The notes below the pieces were generated by a model that worked only from the letters and a program-made list of their open reading frames with translations, had not been told where the DNA came from and searched no databases. The translations under genes and the position numbers were made by a program. Positions 30,946 to 40,787 of a stretch of 64,000 nt of DNA are shown here, piece after piece; within the stretch, counting starts at the first letter, position 1; each line of letters opens with the position of its first letter. This stretch comes from an uncultured Methylomirabilota bacterium (lineage in GTDB: Bacteria > Methylomirabilota > Methylomirabilia > Methylomirabilales > 2-02-FULL-66-22): positions 3,488,001-3,552,000 of the forward strand of contig OY970067.1 in assembly GCA_963705305.1 (NCBI GenBank). Reading direction: 5' to 3'.

Positions 30946-31977
30946 TCACGGCGCAAGCACGATCTTCCCGAACACCTCCCGCCGCTCCAGGAGGCGATGC
31001 CCCTCGGCGCACTCGGCCAGGGGAAGGCACCGGTCCACCACGGCGCGCAGCCGCCCCGCCGCAACGTGGGCGAGGATCTCCAGCAAGTCGGCCTTGCATC
31101 CCATGAAGGCGCCCAACAGGGCGATGGACTTGGAGAAGAGGTACCGGATATCCACCCGGACATCGTAGCCGGCGGTCGCGCCGCAGGTCACCAGCCGGCC
31201 GCCCCGGGCCAGGAGGGGGATGAGCGTCTCCCAGGTCGTGCCGCCCACATGATCGACCACCACATCCACGCCCCGCTTGCCTGCCAGGCGGCGGATCTCC
31301 TGGCCCAGGTCCTGGCCGGTGTAATTGATGCCGGCGTCCGCCCCCAGGGCCCGGGCCCGGGCCAGCTTGTCCTCGGTGCCGGCGACGGCGATCACCTGCG
31401 CCCCCTGCAGCCTGGCGATCTGCAGGGCGGCGCTGCCGACGCCGCTGCCGGCCGCCATGACCACCACCTGCTCCCCGGCCCTGACGCGGGCCTGCCGGAC
31501 CAGCATGTTCCAGGCGGTGAGAAAGGCGACGGGCAGGGCTGCGGCCGCGGTCGGCTCCATGCCATCGGGGATCGGCACGCAGTTGACCTCGGGGACGCAC
31601 ACGAGCTCGGCGCAGCCGCCGTCCAGGCGATACCCTCCGATGATCTGGTAGGCGGGGCAGAAGGTGTCCTCCCCCCGCAGGCATGCCGCGCACTGCCCGC
31701 AGCTGATGCCGGGCGAAACCAGGATCCGCTGCCCGACCTGCACGCGGCCGCACAGGGGGCCCGCGGATTCCACCTCGCCTGCGATGTCGCATCCGCCGAT
31801 CTTCGGCAGGGGGACGCGAATGCCCGGTAGCCCCTTTCGCAGCCAGACATCCAGGTGGTTCAGCGCCACGGCGCGCACGCGGACGCGCACCGCGGTCGGG
31901 TCGGGGGACGGATCGGGAGCCGATTCGAAGCGCAGCACGTCGGGCCCGCCATGCTCGTGGAACCGGACGGCCTTCAT
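30946..31977 (-). CDS. Zinc-binding MDR dehydrogenase / quinone oxidoreductase-like
   Basis: MKAV...HGG, LNHLD, CGQCAAC..C structural Zn site, AGSGVG, CGATAG, GKIVL. Confidence 0.88.
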   Translation of the reverse strand: MKAVRFHEHGGPDVLRFESAPDPSPDPTAVRVRVRAVALNHLDVWLRKGLPGIRVPLPKIGGCDIAGEVESAGPLCGRVQVGQRILVSPGISCGQCAACLRGEDTFCPAYQIIGGYRLDGGCAELVCVPEVNCVPIPDGMEPTAAAALPVAFLTAWNMLVRQARVRAGEQVVVMAAGSGVGSAALQIARLQGAQVIAVAGTEDKLARARALGADAGINYTGQDLGQEIRRLAGKRGVDVVVDHVGGTTWETLIPLLARGGRLVTCGATAGYDVRVDIRYLFSKSIALLGAFMGCKADLLEILAHVAAGRLRAVVDRCLPLAECAEGHRLLERREVFGKIVLAP

Positions 31978-32026
31978 GGAGCCTCCTCTCGCGGGATGGG
32001 GTGATGGGGATGCGGCGCGCGGCACG

Positions 32027-32106
32027 ATGCTACCGGCGCAAGCCATCCCTGTCAAAGCCCGACCCGGTATTTTGGCTTGACGCCGGCGGGCTCGCCGCGG
32101 CATGCT
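32027..32106. promoter_or_regulatory. Back-to-back divergent sigma70-like promoters
   Basis: Minus: TTGACA(32055-32050)-17-TAGCAT; plus: TTGACG(32077)-18-CATGCT. Confidence 0.45.
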
Positions 32107-32250
32107 TCGCGGGACACGGAGAGGACCGCGACCTGCCGCGCCTTCCGGTTTCGGCAGACGGGGGCCGGCAGCCGATCGTTCGAGTGGGTGTGGAGGGGGC
32201 GCGGCGGACGACTGACGGATCGCGCGGAACGGATGGATTGGAGGGACGCC

Positions 32251-33255
32251 ATGCAGACAGCTCCACCAGGCTCTCCCGGGGACTCCCGGGAATCATCAGG
32301 AACGCCCACGATCCTGGTGTCCGCGCCGAGTGTGCCCACGGCGATCTACGAGGCCATGCGGCAGCTGCTGGCCGCGGGCTTCCGGATCCGGACGCAGTAC
32401 GACCGGAAGGACGTGCGGGGGAACCTCCTGGATCCCCCCAGCCTGGACGTGAGCTCCGCCATCGAGATTCTCGACCCCTACGCGCAGCCGCGGTTTCCCA
32501 AGGCGAGCTGCGTCGAGATCGGAAAATATATCGCCGAGACCTGTTGGGGAGCCAAGGATCACCTGGTGCTCGACCAGGAGGAGCTGAAGGAGAAGCTGGC
32601 GCGGGGCGCCTTCGACGAGACGAAGGAGACGCACTGGCCGTACACCTACCACCAGCGGCTGTTTGCCTACCCGGCGTCGCGCGGGCGGCGGATCAACCAG
32701 GTGCAGCACATGCTGGCCCGACTGGCGGATGATCCGGTCACGCGGCGGGCGGTCGCCATCACCTGCGTCCCCGAGATCGACCAGTACCTGCGGGGAGACC
32801 TGCCCTGCCTGCAGCGCATCGCGCTGCGCTGCACGGAGGATGAGCAGGGGAGGCTCTCGCTCCACATGCACACGCACTGGCGCTCGCGGGATCTGTTCAA
32901 TGCGGCTGCCGATAACATCATTGCCATGACCTTCTGGCAGCGGGAGTGGGCGGAGGAGCTCTCGGGGATGCTGGGGAGGCAGGTCCAGGTCGGGCGCTAC
33001 AAGGATTTCGCCGACTCCCTCCACATCTATGGCCAGGTGCTGCAGGGCACGGATGTGCAGAAGCTGGTGGGCCGATGGAACGCCCTGCCAGACGATCAGA
33101 AGGGATATACCAGCCAGGATGCCCGCGATCTGCTCGTCATCCCGGACCTGGAGAAGCTGCTGGCCGAGGATTCTCAGTGGCATTTTCCAGCCGAGATCTC
33201 GGCGGGGATCCCGCGAGAAATCGCCCGCATGCAGCGGGGGGAGTACCTGCCATGA
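32251..33255 (+). CDS. Thymidylate synthase-family protein (archaeal/methanogen-like type)
   Basis: YTYHQRL, TRRA, LPCL (catalytic Cys), RSRD......N, SLHIY. Confidence 0.8.
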   Translation: MQTAPPGSPGDSRESSGTPTILVSAPSVPTAIYEAMRQLLAAGFRIRTQYDRKDVRGNLLDPPSLDVSSAIEILDPYAQPRFPKASCVEIGKYIAETCWGAKDHLVLDQEELKEKLARGAFDETKETHWPYTYHQRLFAYPASRGRRINQVQHMLARLADDPVTRRAVAITCVPEIDQYLRGDLPCLQRIALRCTEDEQGRLSLHMHTHWRSRDLFNAAADNIIAMTFWQREWAEELSGMLGRQVQVGRYKDFADSLHIYGQVLQGTDVQKLVGRWNALPDDQKGYTSQDARDLLVIPDLEKLLAEDSQWHFPAEISAGIPREIARMQRGEYLP

Positions 33256-33410
33256 CCGGGCCGGCCGAACGGCTCACCGTCCGCCGCGGGCGTTGCCCGG
33301 CTCCGCTGCCGCGTCCCCGCCGAGGACGATGCGGCGGCGCCACCATGAGGAGTCTCCCGTCGCGACCGGACGGATCCGGAGGGTCCGCCGGGTGCGGCCG
33401 GGGAGGCGGC

Positions 33411-33439
33411 TTGCCTCACCGTTCCGCGGCGCGTATACT
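33411..33439 (+). promoter_or_regulatory. Putative sigma70 promoter of tsaB
   Basis: TTGCCT-17 bp-TATACT. Confidence 0.5.
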
Positions 33440-33457
33440 CCGGCGGCGGAGGTCGGA

Positions 33458-34156
33458 ATGCTGGTCCTCGGTATCGAGACGTCGACGAAGCAGGGCGGGG
33501 TCGCCCTGGTCGGGGAGGCGGGCCTCCTCTCCGAATATACCCTGAACGTGGAGGTGACGCACTCGGAGCGGCTCCTGCCCGCCGTCGACCGGGTTCTCCA
33601 GGACGCGGGCCTCGGGCTGGACGCGGTCGGCGGAATCGCGGTGAGCGCCGGACCGGGATCCTTCACCGGGCTGCGCATCGGCCTCAGCACGGCGAAGGGG
33701 CTGGCCTATGCGACCGGACTGCCGGTCGTGGCGGTGCCGACGCTGGAGGCGCTGGCCTGGACCCTGCCCTGGGTCCGCTGGGATGTCTGCCCGGTGCTGG
33801 ACGCGCGCAAGCAGGAGGTGTACGCCGCCATTTTCCGGTACGAGCGGGAGGGGCTGGTGCGCCTCATGGAGGACGCCGCCCTGGCGCCCGAGGCCCTCTG
33901 CCGCCAGATCCGGAAGGCGACGCTGTTCCTGGGGGACGGCCTCGGCCCCTACGCGGATCTGTTCCGAAGTCGGTTAGGGGACAAGTTCTTGCTGCCGCCT
34001 CAGGTCAACCGCGGCGCGCGTCCCGCCACGGTGGCCGAGCTGGGACGGCAGCGCCTGCTCGCGGGCGAGCGCGTGGCCCCCGAGGGGCTGCTTCCCCGCT
34101 ACCTGCGGCCGTCCGAGGCCGAGCTGCGGCGCCGAAGCCGGCCGGTCGCTGGCTGA
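33458..34156 (+). CDS. tsaB: tRNA t6A biosynthesis protein TsaB
   Basis: LGIETST, HSERL, GPGSFTGLRIG, DARKQEVY, P.YLR. Confidence 0.93.
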   Translation: MLVLGIETSTKQGGVALVGEAGLLSEYTLNVEVTHSERLLPAVDRVLQDAGLGLDAVGGIAVSAGPGSFTGLRIGLSTAKGLAYATGLPVVAVPTLEALAWTLPWVRWDVCPVLDARKQEVYAAIFRYEREGLVRLMEDAALAPEALCRQIRKATLFLGDGLGPYADLFRSRLGDKFLLPPQVNRGARPATVAELGRQRLLAGERVAPEGLLPRYLRPSEAELRRRSRPVAG

Positions 34157-34199
34157 GGTTGCGCGCACCCGCTTTTTGCGGACACGGGGAATCTGTGCC

Positions 34200-34691
34200 A
34201 TGCGACGGTGTTCCCAGCAGAGTACGGAGCCTTCGGTCGTCATCGAGCCCATGCGGGCCGAGGATCTGCCGGAGGTCCTGGCCATCGAGGTGACCTCCTT
34301 CGCTCTCCCCTGGACCCAGGAGATGTTCGAGAACGAGCTGTCCCGGGGGAGCCTGTCGGAGGTGCTGGTCGCCCGGGCCTTCGCCGCCGGAGGCTCGTCC
34401 GCGCTCCTGGGGTACATCTGTGTCTGGGTGGTCACGGACGAGCTCCATATCAACAACCTGGCCGTGCACCCCCGCTGGCGCCGGCGGGGAATCGCCAAAG
34501 TCCTCTTGCAGGCGGCCCTCGACCACGGCCGGGCCAATGGCGCCGTGCGTGCCCTGCTGGAAGTCCGCGCCTCGAATGCGTCGGCGCAGGCCCTGTATCG
34601 GGCGTTCCGGTTCCAGCCCTCCGCCGTCCGGAGGCACTACTACACGCACCCCGTCGAGGATGCCGTCATCATGATCCGCGAGGGCCCCTGA
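34200..34691 (+). CDS. rimI: Ribosomal-protein-alanine N-acetyltransferase
   Basis: IE..SF..PW, INNLAVHP..RRRG, LEVRASN, R.YY...EDA; follows tsaB. Confidence 0.9.
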   Translation: MRRCSQQSTEPSVVIEPMRAEDLPEVLAIEVTSFALPWTQEMFENELSRGSLSEVLVARAFAAGGSSALLGYICVWVVTDELHINNLAVHPRWRRRGIAKVLLQAALDHGRANGAVRALLEVRASNASAQALYRAFRFQPSAVRRHYYTHPVEDAVIMIREGP

Positions 34692-34715
34692 GATGCCCGG
34701 CGTCGGCGGCGGCGA

Positions 34716-34744
34716 TTGACAGCGGATCGCCTCGCTGATAGCCT
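34716..34744 (+). promoter_or_regulatory. Putative sigma70 promoter
   Basis: TTGACA-17 bp-TAGCCT with TG extension. Confidence 0.5.
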
Positions 34745-34831
34745 TCCGGCGGCACGGGCGTGACGGACGGTTTCGGGCTTCGCCGTGGCGCCGCAATCTT
34801 ACCCGCGCGTCCGGGGCGGCAAGGAGGCGAC

Positions 34832-35014
34832 ATGATCGACAAAGAGCTGTTAGAGATTCTGGCGTGTCCGAAGTGCAAGTCCCCTGTTCGTCTGGATGAA
34901 GCGGCCCAGCGGATCATCTGCACTTCCCCCAGCTGCGGCCTCCGCTATCCCATCCGTGACGGCATCCCGGTCATGCTCATCGACGAGGCCGAGCCCGGGC
35001 AGGGCCGGGCCTGA
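34832..35014 (+). CDS. Trm112/UPF0434 family protein
   Basis: LLEILACPKCK..C..C...YPIRDGIPVML. Confidence 0.9.
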   Translation: MIDKELLEILACPKCKSPVRLDEAAQRIICTSPSCGLRYPIRDGIPVMLIDEAEPGQGRA

Positions 35015-35017
35015 GCC

Positions 35018-36121
35018 ATGAGCGGAGCATCGCGGCGCCCCCGGCGCGCCCTCATCACCGCCGGGGGGCGGGGGACCCGGCTGCGCCCCCTCACCCACAC
35101 GAGCAACAAGCACCTCATCCCGATCGCCAACAAGCCCATGATCCACTACGCCCTGGAGGCGGTGGCGGCCGCCGGCCTCCGGGAGGCGGGGATCGTCATC
35201 AACCCGGACACCGGCGCCGAGATCCGGCGGGCCCTGGGGGATGGGGCGGCCTGGGGGCTCCAGCTGACGTACGTGGTGCAGGACGCCCCGCGCGGCCTGG
35301 CCCACGTCATCCAGGCGGCGGAGCCGTTCCTCCAGGGCGAGCCCTTCGTCTTCTACCTCGGGGACAACGTCGTGGTGGGCGGCATCCGCCCCTTCCTGGA
35401 CCGGTTCGCGGGCGGGGAGGAGGCCTGCCACCTGGTGCTCGCCCGGGTGAAGGACCCCCAGCGGTTCGGGGTCGCCGAGGTCGCCGGCGGCCGGGTCGTC
35501 CGGGTGGTCGAGAAGCCGGCCCAGCCGCCCAGCGACTTCGCCGTGACCGGGATCTACGTCTACGACGCGGCGATCTTCGAGGCGGTCCACGCCATCCGGC
35601 CCAGCGCCCGGGGGGAGCTGGAGATCTCGGATGCCCACCAGTACCTGCTCGACCACGGGGCCCGGGTGGGCTTCTCCGAGATCACCGGCTGGTGGAAGGA
35701 CACCGGGAAGCCGGAGGACCTCCTGGAGGCCAACCGGTTCGTCCTGGACCAGGTCCTGGACGGTATGGCGCCCGTGATCCACGGGGCGGTCGATGGGGCG
35801 AGCGACATCGCGGGGAAGGTGGTGGTGGAGGCGGGCGCTCGGGTGGTGGCGAGCCAGATCCGGGGCCCCGCCATCATCGGCGCCGAGGCCGTCGTGGAGC
35901 ACAGCTACATCGGCCCCTTCACCGCCCTGGGCCGCCGCTGCGTCATCCGGAACAGCGAGCTCGAGTACAGCATCCTCTTCGAGGCCACGCAGATCCTGGA
36001 TGTGGACGTCCGGATCGAGCGGAGCCTCTTGGGGCGGGAGGTCTGCATCCGGCGGAGCGCCGGGCGGCCGAAGACGCAGAAGTTCATCCTGGGCGACCAG
36101 AGCAGCATCGAGCTGTGCTGA
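35018..36121 (+). CDS. rfbA: Glucose-1-phosphate thymidylyltransferase, long form
   Basis: GGRGTRLRP, KHLIPIANKP, YLGDN, EKP, ARGELEI, WKDTG; C-terminal beta-helix. Confidence 0.9.
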   Translation: MSGASRRPRRALITAGGRGTRLRPLTHTSNKHLIPIANKPMIHYALEAVAAAGLREAGIVINPDTGAEIRRALGDGAAWGLQLTYVVQDAPRGLAHVIQAAEPFLQGEPFVFYLGDNVVVGGIRPFLDRFAGGEEACHLVLARVKDPQRFGVAEVAGGRVVRVVEKPAQPPSDFAVTGIYVYDAAIFEAVHAIRPSARGELEISDAHQYLLDHGARVGFSEITGWWKDTGKPEDLLEANRFVLDQVLDGMAPVIHGAVDGASDIAGKVVVEAGARVVASQIRGPAIIGAEAVVEHSYIGPFTALGRRCVIRNSELEYSILFEATQILDVDVRIERSLLGREVCIRRSAGRPKTQKFILGDQSSIELC

Positions 36122-36129
36122 CACGCCAG

Positions 36130-36239
36130 CGATCAGCGGGCAGCAGTCAGGGGTCAGGCGGCAGGGGTGCAGAGGCGCAGGGGCGCAGGGGGAATACAGG
36201 GCGCCTGCCTACTGCCCCCGGCCGACTGCAGACTGGCAA
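36130..36239. repeat. Composite heptamer/octamer array
   Basis: Five NNNNCAG heptamers, three RGGYGCAG octamers, then five CTGCNNN-type heptamers in the opposite sense. Confidence 0.7.
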
Positions 36240-36317
36240 TGGCGAGCGCGGCGGGAGGCGCGCGGCGGCGGGGGCCGCCCGCGAAGACCCGAGGGACGGG
36301 GGCGGAGGACGGACCGG

Positions 36318-36797
36318 ATGATCCAGGGGGTGGTGGTCAAGCCGCTGACGGTGCGCCCCGACGACCGCGGCTTCCTCATGGAGATGCTGCGGGCGGACGA
36401 GGCCTGCTTCGAGGGCTTCGGGCAGGTCTACATCACCGGCTGCCGGCGGGGGGTGGCCAAGGGCTGGCACTACCACAAGGAGCAGGCCGACCACTTCGTC
36501 TGCGTCGGCGGCACCGCCCTCCTGGTGCTCTACGACGGCCGGGAGGCCTCCCCGACGCACGGGGAGGTCCAGGAGATCATCCTCCAGGCGCCCCCGGCCC
36601 TGGTCCCCCCGCCGGTCCTGGTGAAGATCCCGGCGGGGGTCCTGCACGGCTTCACGGCCCACGGCTGTGCGGAGGCCCGCATCGTGAACATCCCGACCCG
36701 GCCGTACCGGTACGCCGCCCCGGACGAGTACCGGACCCCCTGGAACAGCCCCGCGATCCCCTACCGCTGGCCGGCCGAGGTCGTGGCCGGAGGGTGA
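36318..36797 (+). CDS. rfbC: dTDP-4-dehydrorhamnose 3,5-epimerase family
   Basis: DDRGFLME, GQVY, KGWHYH, YDGR..SPT, IP.GV.HGF. Confidence 0.85.
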   Translation: MIQGVVVKPLTVRPDDRGFLMEMLRADEACFEGFGQVYITGCRRGVAKGWHYHKEQADHFVCVGGTALLVLYDGREASPTHGEVQEIILQAPPALVPPPVLVKIPAGVLHGFTAHGCAEARIVNIPTRPYRYAAPDEYRTPWNSPAIPYRWPAEVVAGG

Positions 36798-36803
36798 GCC
36801 CGG

Positions 36804-37685
36804 ATGCGCATCGTGGTGACCGGGGCCGCCGGGCAGTTGGGGGTGGAGCTCTGCACGGCTCTCCGGCCCCTGGGCGAAGTGACCGGCCTCGATCTCCCGG
36901 CCTGGGACCTCACGGCCCCGGACGCGGCCGCGCCGCTCCTGGCCGCCCGCCCCGCCTGGGTCGTCCACGCTGCCGCGTACACGGACGTGGACGGCTGCGA
37001 GCGGGACCCCGCCCGGGCCCACGCCGTGAACGCCACCGGGACGGCAGGGGTGGCCGCCGCCTGCCGGGCGATCGGGGCGGGGCTCGTCTACCTCAGCACG
37101 GACTACGTCTTCGACGGCCGCCAGGGGACCCCCTACACCGAGGCCGATCCGCCCGCCCCGCTCTCGGCCTACGGCCGCTCCAAGCTGGCGGGGGAGGAGC
37201 ATGTGCGGACCCTGGCGTCCCCCTGGGTGATCCTGCGCACCGCCTGGCTCTACGGGGTGCACGGCAAAAACTTCGTGAAGGCGATCCTGGGGAAGGCGGC
37301 GGCCGGCGAGCGCCTGCGGGTGGTCGATGATCAGGTCGGCTCGCCGACGTACGCGCGGGATCTGGCCGGGGCCGTCCGCCTGGTGCTGGAGCGGGAGCGG
37401 ACCGGCCTGTTCCACGTGACGAACCAGGGCGCCGCCTCCTGGTACGCCTTCGCGCAGGCGATCCTCCGGCGGGTCGGCGTCGGGGCGGACCGGGTGGAGC
37501 CCCTGACCACGGCGGCGCTGGGGCGGCCCGCCCCCCGCCCCGCCTGCTCGGTCCTGGCGAATGCCGCCTGGCGGGCCGCCGGCCTGCCGCCGCTCCGGCC
37601 GTGGCCGGAGGCCCTGGCGGCGATGCTGGCCGACTGGCGGGCGGCGGAGCCCGACAACCCCCTCCTCCGTAGGATCGGCCCATGA
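36804..37685 (+). CDS. rfbD: dTDP-4-dehydrorhamnose reductase
   Basis: GAAGQLG, AAYTDVD, STDYVFDG, YGRSK, VDDQ.GSPT. Confidence 0.92.
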   Translation: MRIVVTGAAGQLGVELCTALRPLGEVTGLDLPAWDLTAPDAAAPLLAARPAWVVHAAAYTDVDGCERDPARAHAVNATGTAGVAAACRAIGAGLVYLSTDYVFDGRQGTPYTEADPPAPLSAYGRSKLAGEEHVRTLASPWVILRTAWLYGVHGKNFVKAILGKAAAGERLRVVDDQVGSPTYARDLAGAVRLVLERERTGLFHVTNQGAASWYAFAQAILRRVGVGADRVEPLTTAALGRPAPRPACSVLANAAWRAAGLPPLRPWPEALAAMLADWRAAEPDNPLLRRIGP

Positions 37686-38668
37686 CGCGCGCCATGGTGA
37701 CGGGTATCGCGGGATTCGCCGGCTCCCACCTGGCGGAGTATCTGCTGGCGCGCGGGGTGGAGGTCTTCGGCCTGGTCCTGGACCCTCGGGACACCGACAA
37801 CCTGGCTCCCTGCCTGCTGGGGCCTTCGGCCGGACGCCTGCACCTCACGACTGGGGATCTCCTGGATGCCCCCCTAGTGACGCACTATCTTCGGGATGTG
37901 CAGCCCGACCGCGTCTACCACCTGGCGGCCCTGTCGTCGGTTCGCCAGTCCCAGGAGGATCCGGCCGCGACCTTCCGGGTGAACGTCCTGGGAACCCAGG
38001 ATCTGCTGGAGGCGGTTCTCGCCGCGGGCAGCCGGCCGCGCGTCCTGTATGTCAGCTCCGCCGAGGCGTACGGCGAATCGGCGCGGGCCGCGGCGCCCAT
38101 GGACGAGTCCCGCCCCCTGCTGCCCGTCACCCCGTACGGCAGCAGCAAGGCGGCCGCCGAGCGGCTGGTCTGCCGGTACGGGGCGGAGCGCGGGGTGCAC
38201 GCGGTGCGCGTCCGGCCATTTCCCCATACGGGGCCGCGCCACGGGACCCAGTTCGTCTTCCCCGACCTGGCGCAGCAACTCGTCGAGATCGAGGCGGGAC
38301 GGCGCCCGCCGCAGATCCGGGCCGGCAACCTCGACGTGCGGCGGGACCTCAGTGACGTCCGGGATGTCGTGGCCGCCTACGTCCTGACGCTGGAGGGCGG
38401 AGAGCCGGGGGCGGTCTACAACGTCTGCTCGGAGCGCGTCTCGTCCCTGCGGGAAGTGCTGGAGCGCATGATCGCCCTGACGGGACTCCGGGTGGAGGTC
38501 GTGACCGCCGCCGAGCGGCTGCGTCCCCACGATCTGGAGGTGCTGGCGGGGACCTCGCAGGCCCTGCGCCGGCGCACCGGGTGGAGGCCGGCCATCCCCC
38601 TGGAAGAGACCCTGCGGGATCTGCTGTCGTACTGGCGCGAGCGTCAGGCCGGCGGCGTCCCGTCCTGA
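37682..38668 (+). CDS. NDP-sugar SDR (GDP-mannose dehydratase / Rmd-like)
   Basis: GIAGFAG, HLAA.SSV, SSAEAYG, YGSSK, GNLDVRRD..DVRD. Confidence 0.75.
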   Translation: MTRAMVTGIAGFAGSHLAEYLLARGVEVFGLVLDPRDTDNLAPCLLGPSAGRLHLTTGDLLDAPLVTHYLRDVQPDRVYHLAALSSVRQSQEDPAATFRVNVLGTQDLLEAVLAAGSRPRVLYVSSAEAYGESARAAAPMDESRPLLPVTPYGSSKAAAERLVCRYGAERGVHAVRVRPFPHTGPRHGTQFVFPDLAQQLVEIEAGRRPPQIRAGNLDVRRDLSDVRDVVAAYVLTLEGGEPGAVYNVCSERVSSLREVLERMIALTGLRVEVVTAAERLRPHDLEVLAGTSQALRRRTGWRPAIPLEETLRDLLSYWRERQAGGVPS

Positions 38669-38790
38669 CACTCCGGGGGTTTGGCGGGGGAGGCGCCCCG
38701 CCGGGCAGTGGGCCGTTTCCTGGCGGAAGAGCGCCCGATGGGGCGCGGCGCCGCGTCCGGCGGACCGCGACGGAAAACGGCGGGTGTGCG

Positions 38791-39759
38791 ATGATGGAAC
38801 CCGACACATCGATGGCGGAGGCAAGGAGCGGGCCGGAAGGAGTGGCCCTGACGGTGGTCATCCCCGTGTACAACGAGGAGACCGTCCTGGAGCGCCTGTC
38901 TCTGCGCCTGCGGCCGGTCCTGGAGGGAATCGGCCGGCCCTACGAGATCATCTTCGTCGACGACGGCAGCACGGATCGGTCCCTGGAGATTCTGCGGCGG
39001 CTTCAGGAGAAGGACCCGACCGTGCGGGTGATCCAGCTCAACCGGAACTACGGCCAGCACGCGGCCGTGTTTGCCGGCTTCGACCACGCCCGGGGCGACG
39101 TCATCGTTACCCTGGACGCCGATCTGCAGAATCCCCCCGAGGAGATCCCCCGGCTGCTGGATAAGATCGCCGAGGGGCACGACGTCGTCGGCGGCTGGCG
39201 GCGGGACCGCCACGACCACCCGGTGCGGCGGCTGCTGTCCTGGGCGGCGAACCGGGTCACCTCCAGGATCGTGGGCGTGCCGATGCACGATTACGGCTGC
39301 ATGCTCCGCGCCTACCGGCGGGAGGTCGTCCAGGTGATGCGGGACTGCAGCGAGATCTCCAGCTTCATCCCGGCCCTCGCCAACACGTTCGCCGGCGCCC
39401 CCGTGGAGGTGCCGGTGGAGCACGCCCCGCGCAGCCACGGGCGGTCCAAGTACCGGCTGTTCCGCCTGCTGCGCCTGAACTTCGATCTCATGACGGGCTA
39501 CTCCCTGCTGCCCATCCAGATCGTCAGCCTGGCGGGCATCGCCATCGCGCTATTGGGGGTGGGCTTCGGCGGCTTCCTCTTCGTCCGCCGCCTGCTGGTC
39601 GGACCCGAGGTGGAAGGGGTCTTCACCCTCTTCGCCATCCTGTTCGTCTTTGTGGGCCTCCAGATCCTGGCGCTGGGCCTCATCGGCGAATACATCGGCC
39701 GGATCTACCTGGAGGTCCGGCGCAGGCCGCGATATGTCATCCAGCGGATCTTCGAATAG
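38791..39759 (+). CDS. arnC: Undecaprenyl-phosphate Ara4FN transferase (GT2)
   Basis: VIPVYNE, VDDGS, RNYGQH, LDADLQNPPEEI, DYGCMLRAY, two C-terminal TMs. Confidence 0.85.
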   Translation: MMEPDTSMAEARSGPEGVALTVVIPVYNEETVLERLSLRLRPVLEGIGRPYEIIFVDDGSTDRSLEILRRLQEKDPTVRVIQLNRNYGQHAAVFAGFDHARGDVIVTLDADLQNPPEEIPRLLDKIAEGHDVVGGWRRDRHDHPVRRLLSWAANRVTSRIVGVPMHDYGCMLRAYRREVVQVMRDCSEISSFIPALANTFAGAPVEVPVEHAPRSHGRSKYRLFRLLRLNFDLMTGYSLLPIQIVSLAGIAIALLGVGFGGFLFVRRLLVGPEVEGVFTLFAILFVFVGLQILALGLIGEYIGRIYLEVRRRPRYVIQRIFE

Positions 39760-39792
39760 CCGGCCGATGCGCGCTCGGTCCGCGGAGGGGCG

Positions 39793-40767
39793 GTGACCCC
39801 CCTGGCTCCCGGCGACCACGGATCGCCCCGCATCGTGGTGTTCGGCTACCACGACATGGGTGTGGCCTGCCTGGAGGAGCTCCTGGGTCTGGGAGCGCGG
39901 GTCGTGGCGGTGGTCACCCACCGGGACGCCTCGGACGAGCCGGCCTGGTTCGACTCGGTCGCCGAGCAAGCCGCGGCGCACCGGCTGCCCGTGTTCGCCC
40001 CCGCGAACCCGAATGGGTCCGATTTCGTCGAGGCGCTCCGCGGGCTCGGACCCGAGCTGATCTTCTCGTTCTACTATCGGCGGCTGCTGTCCCCGGCCCT
40101 CCTGTCCCTGCCCCGCCTGGGCGCGGTCAATCTGCATGGCTCCCTGCTGCCGAAATATCGCGGCCGTGCGCCGCTGAACTGGGTCCTGGTGCGCGGCGAG
40201 ACCGTGACGGGCGTGACGCTGCACCACATGGACGAGCAGGCGGATCACGGCGACATCATCGCGCAGCGCGCGGTGCCGATCCTCATCGAGGACACGGCGC
40301 TCACCCTCTGGCGGAAGCTCGTCGCGGCGGGACGGACGCTGTTGGCGGAGACGTACCCCCTGATCGCGGCGGGACGCGCCCCCCGCATCCCCCAGGAGTA
40401 CGCCGCCGCCTCTACCTTCGGCCGGCGGAGGCCGGCGGACGGCCGCATCGACTGGTCGCGACCGGCCCGGGAGATCTACAATCTGATCCGGGCGGTGACG
40501 CACCCGTTTCCGGGGGCCTTCACACATCTGGAAGGGCGGCAGGTGTTCGTCTGGGCGGCCCGGCCGCCTGCCGGGCGACCGGGCCGGGAATCTCCCGGGA
40601 CCATTCTCGGCATCGGCGAGGGGGGCGCGCTGGACGTGGCGACAGGGGAGGGAGCGGTGGAAATCCTCCGGCTCCAGCCGGGGGGGGATGCGGAGATGGA
40701 CGGGGCGGCGTTCCTGGCGAGATTCGGCCCGGCGCCCCTGCGGTTCGGGCGGGCGTTCGGGGAATGA
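39793..40767 (+). CDS. Formyltransferase (ArnA N-terminal domain-like)
   Basis: VFGYHDMG, FSFYYR, NLHGSLLPKYRGRAP.NW, RAVTHPFPGAF. Confidence 0.85.
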   Translation: MTPLAPGDHGSPRIVVFGYHDMGVACLEELLGLGARVVAVVTHRDASDEPAWFDSVAEQAAAHRLPVFAPANPNGSDFVEALRGLGPELIFSFYYRRLLSPALLSLPRLGAVNLHGSLLPKYRGRAPLNWVLVRGETVTGVTLHHMDEQADHGDIIAQRAVPILIEDTALTLWRKLVAAGRTLLAETYPLIAAGRAPRIPQEYAAASTFGRRRPADGRIDWSRPAREIYNLIRAVTHPFPGAFTHLEGRQVFVWAARPPAGRPGRESPGTILGIGEGGALDVATGEGAVEILRLQPGGDAEMDGAAFLARFGPAPLRFGRAFGE

Positions 40768-40787
40768 CGGCGGGGGGAGGAGGCGGG

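Noticed and set aside
32251..33255. Thymidylate synthase homologue as part of a phage DNA hypermodification system
   Set aside because: Neighbours are housekeeping genes; no kinase, glycosyltransferase or phage genes adjacent
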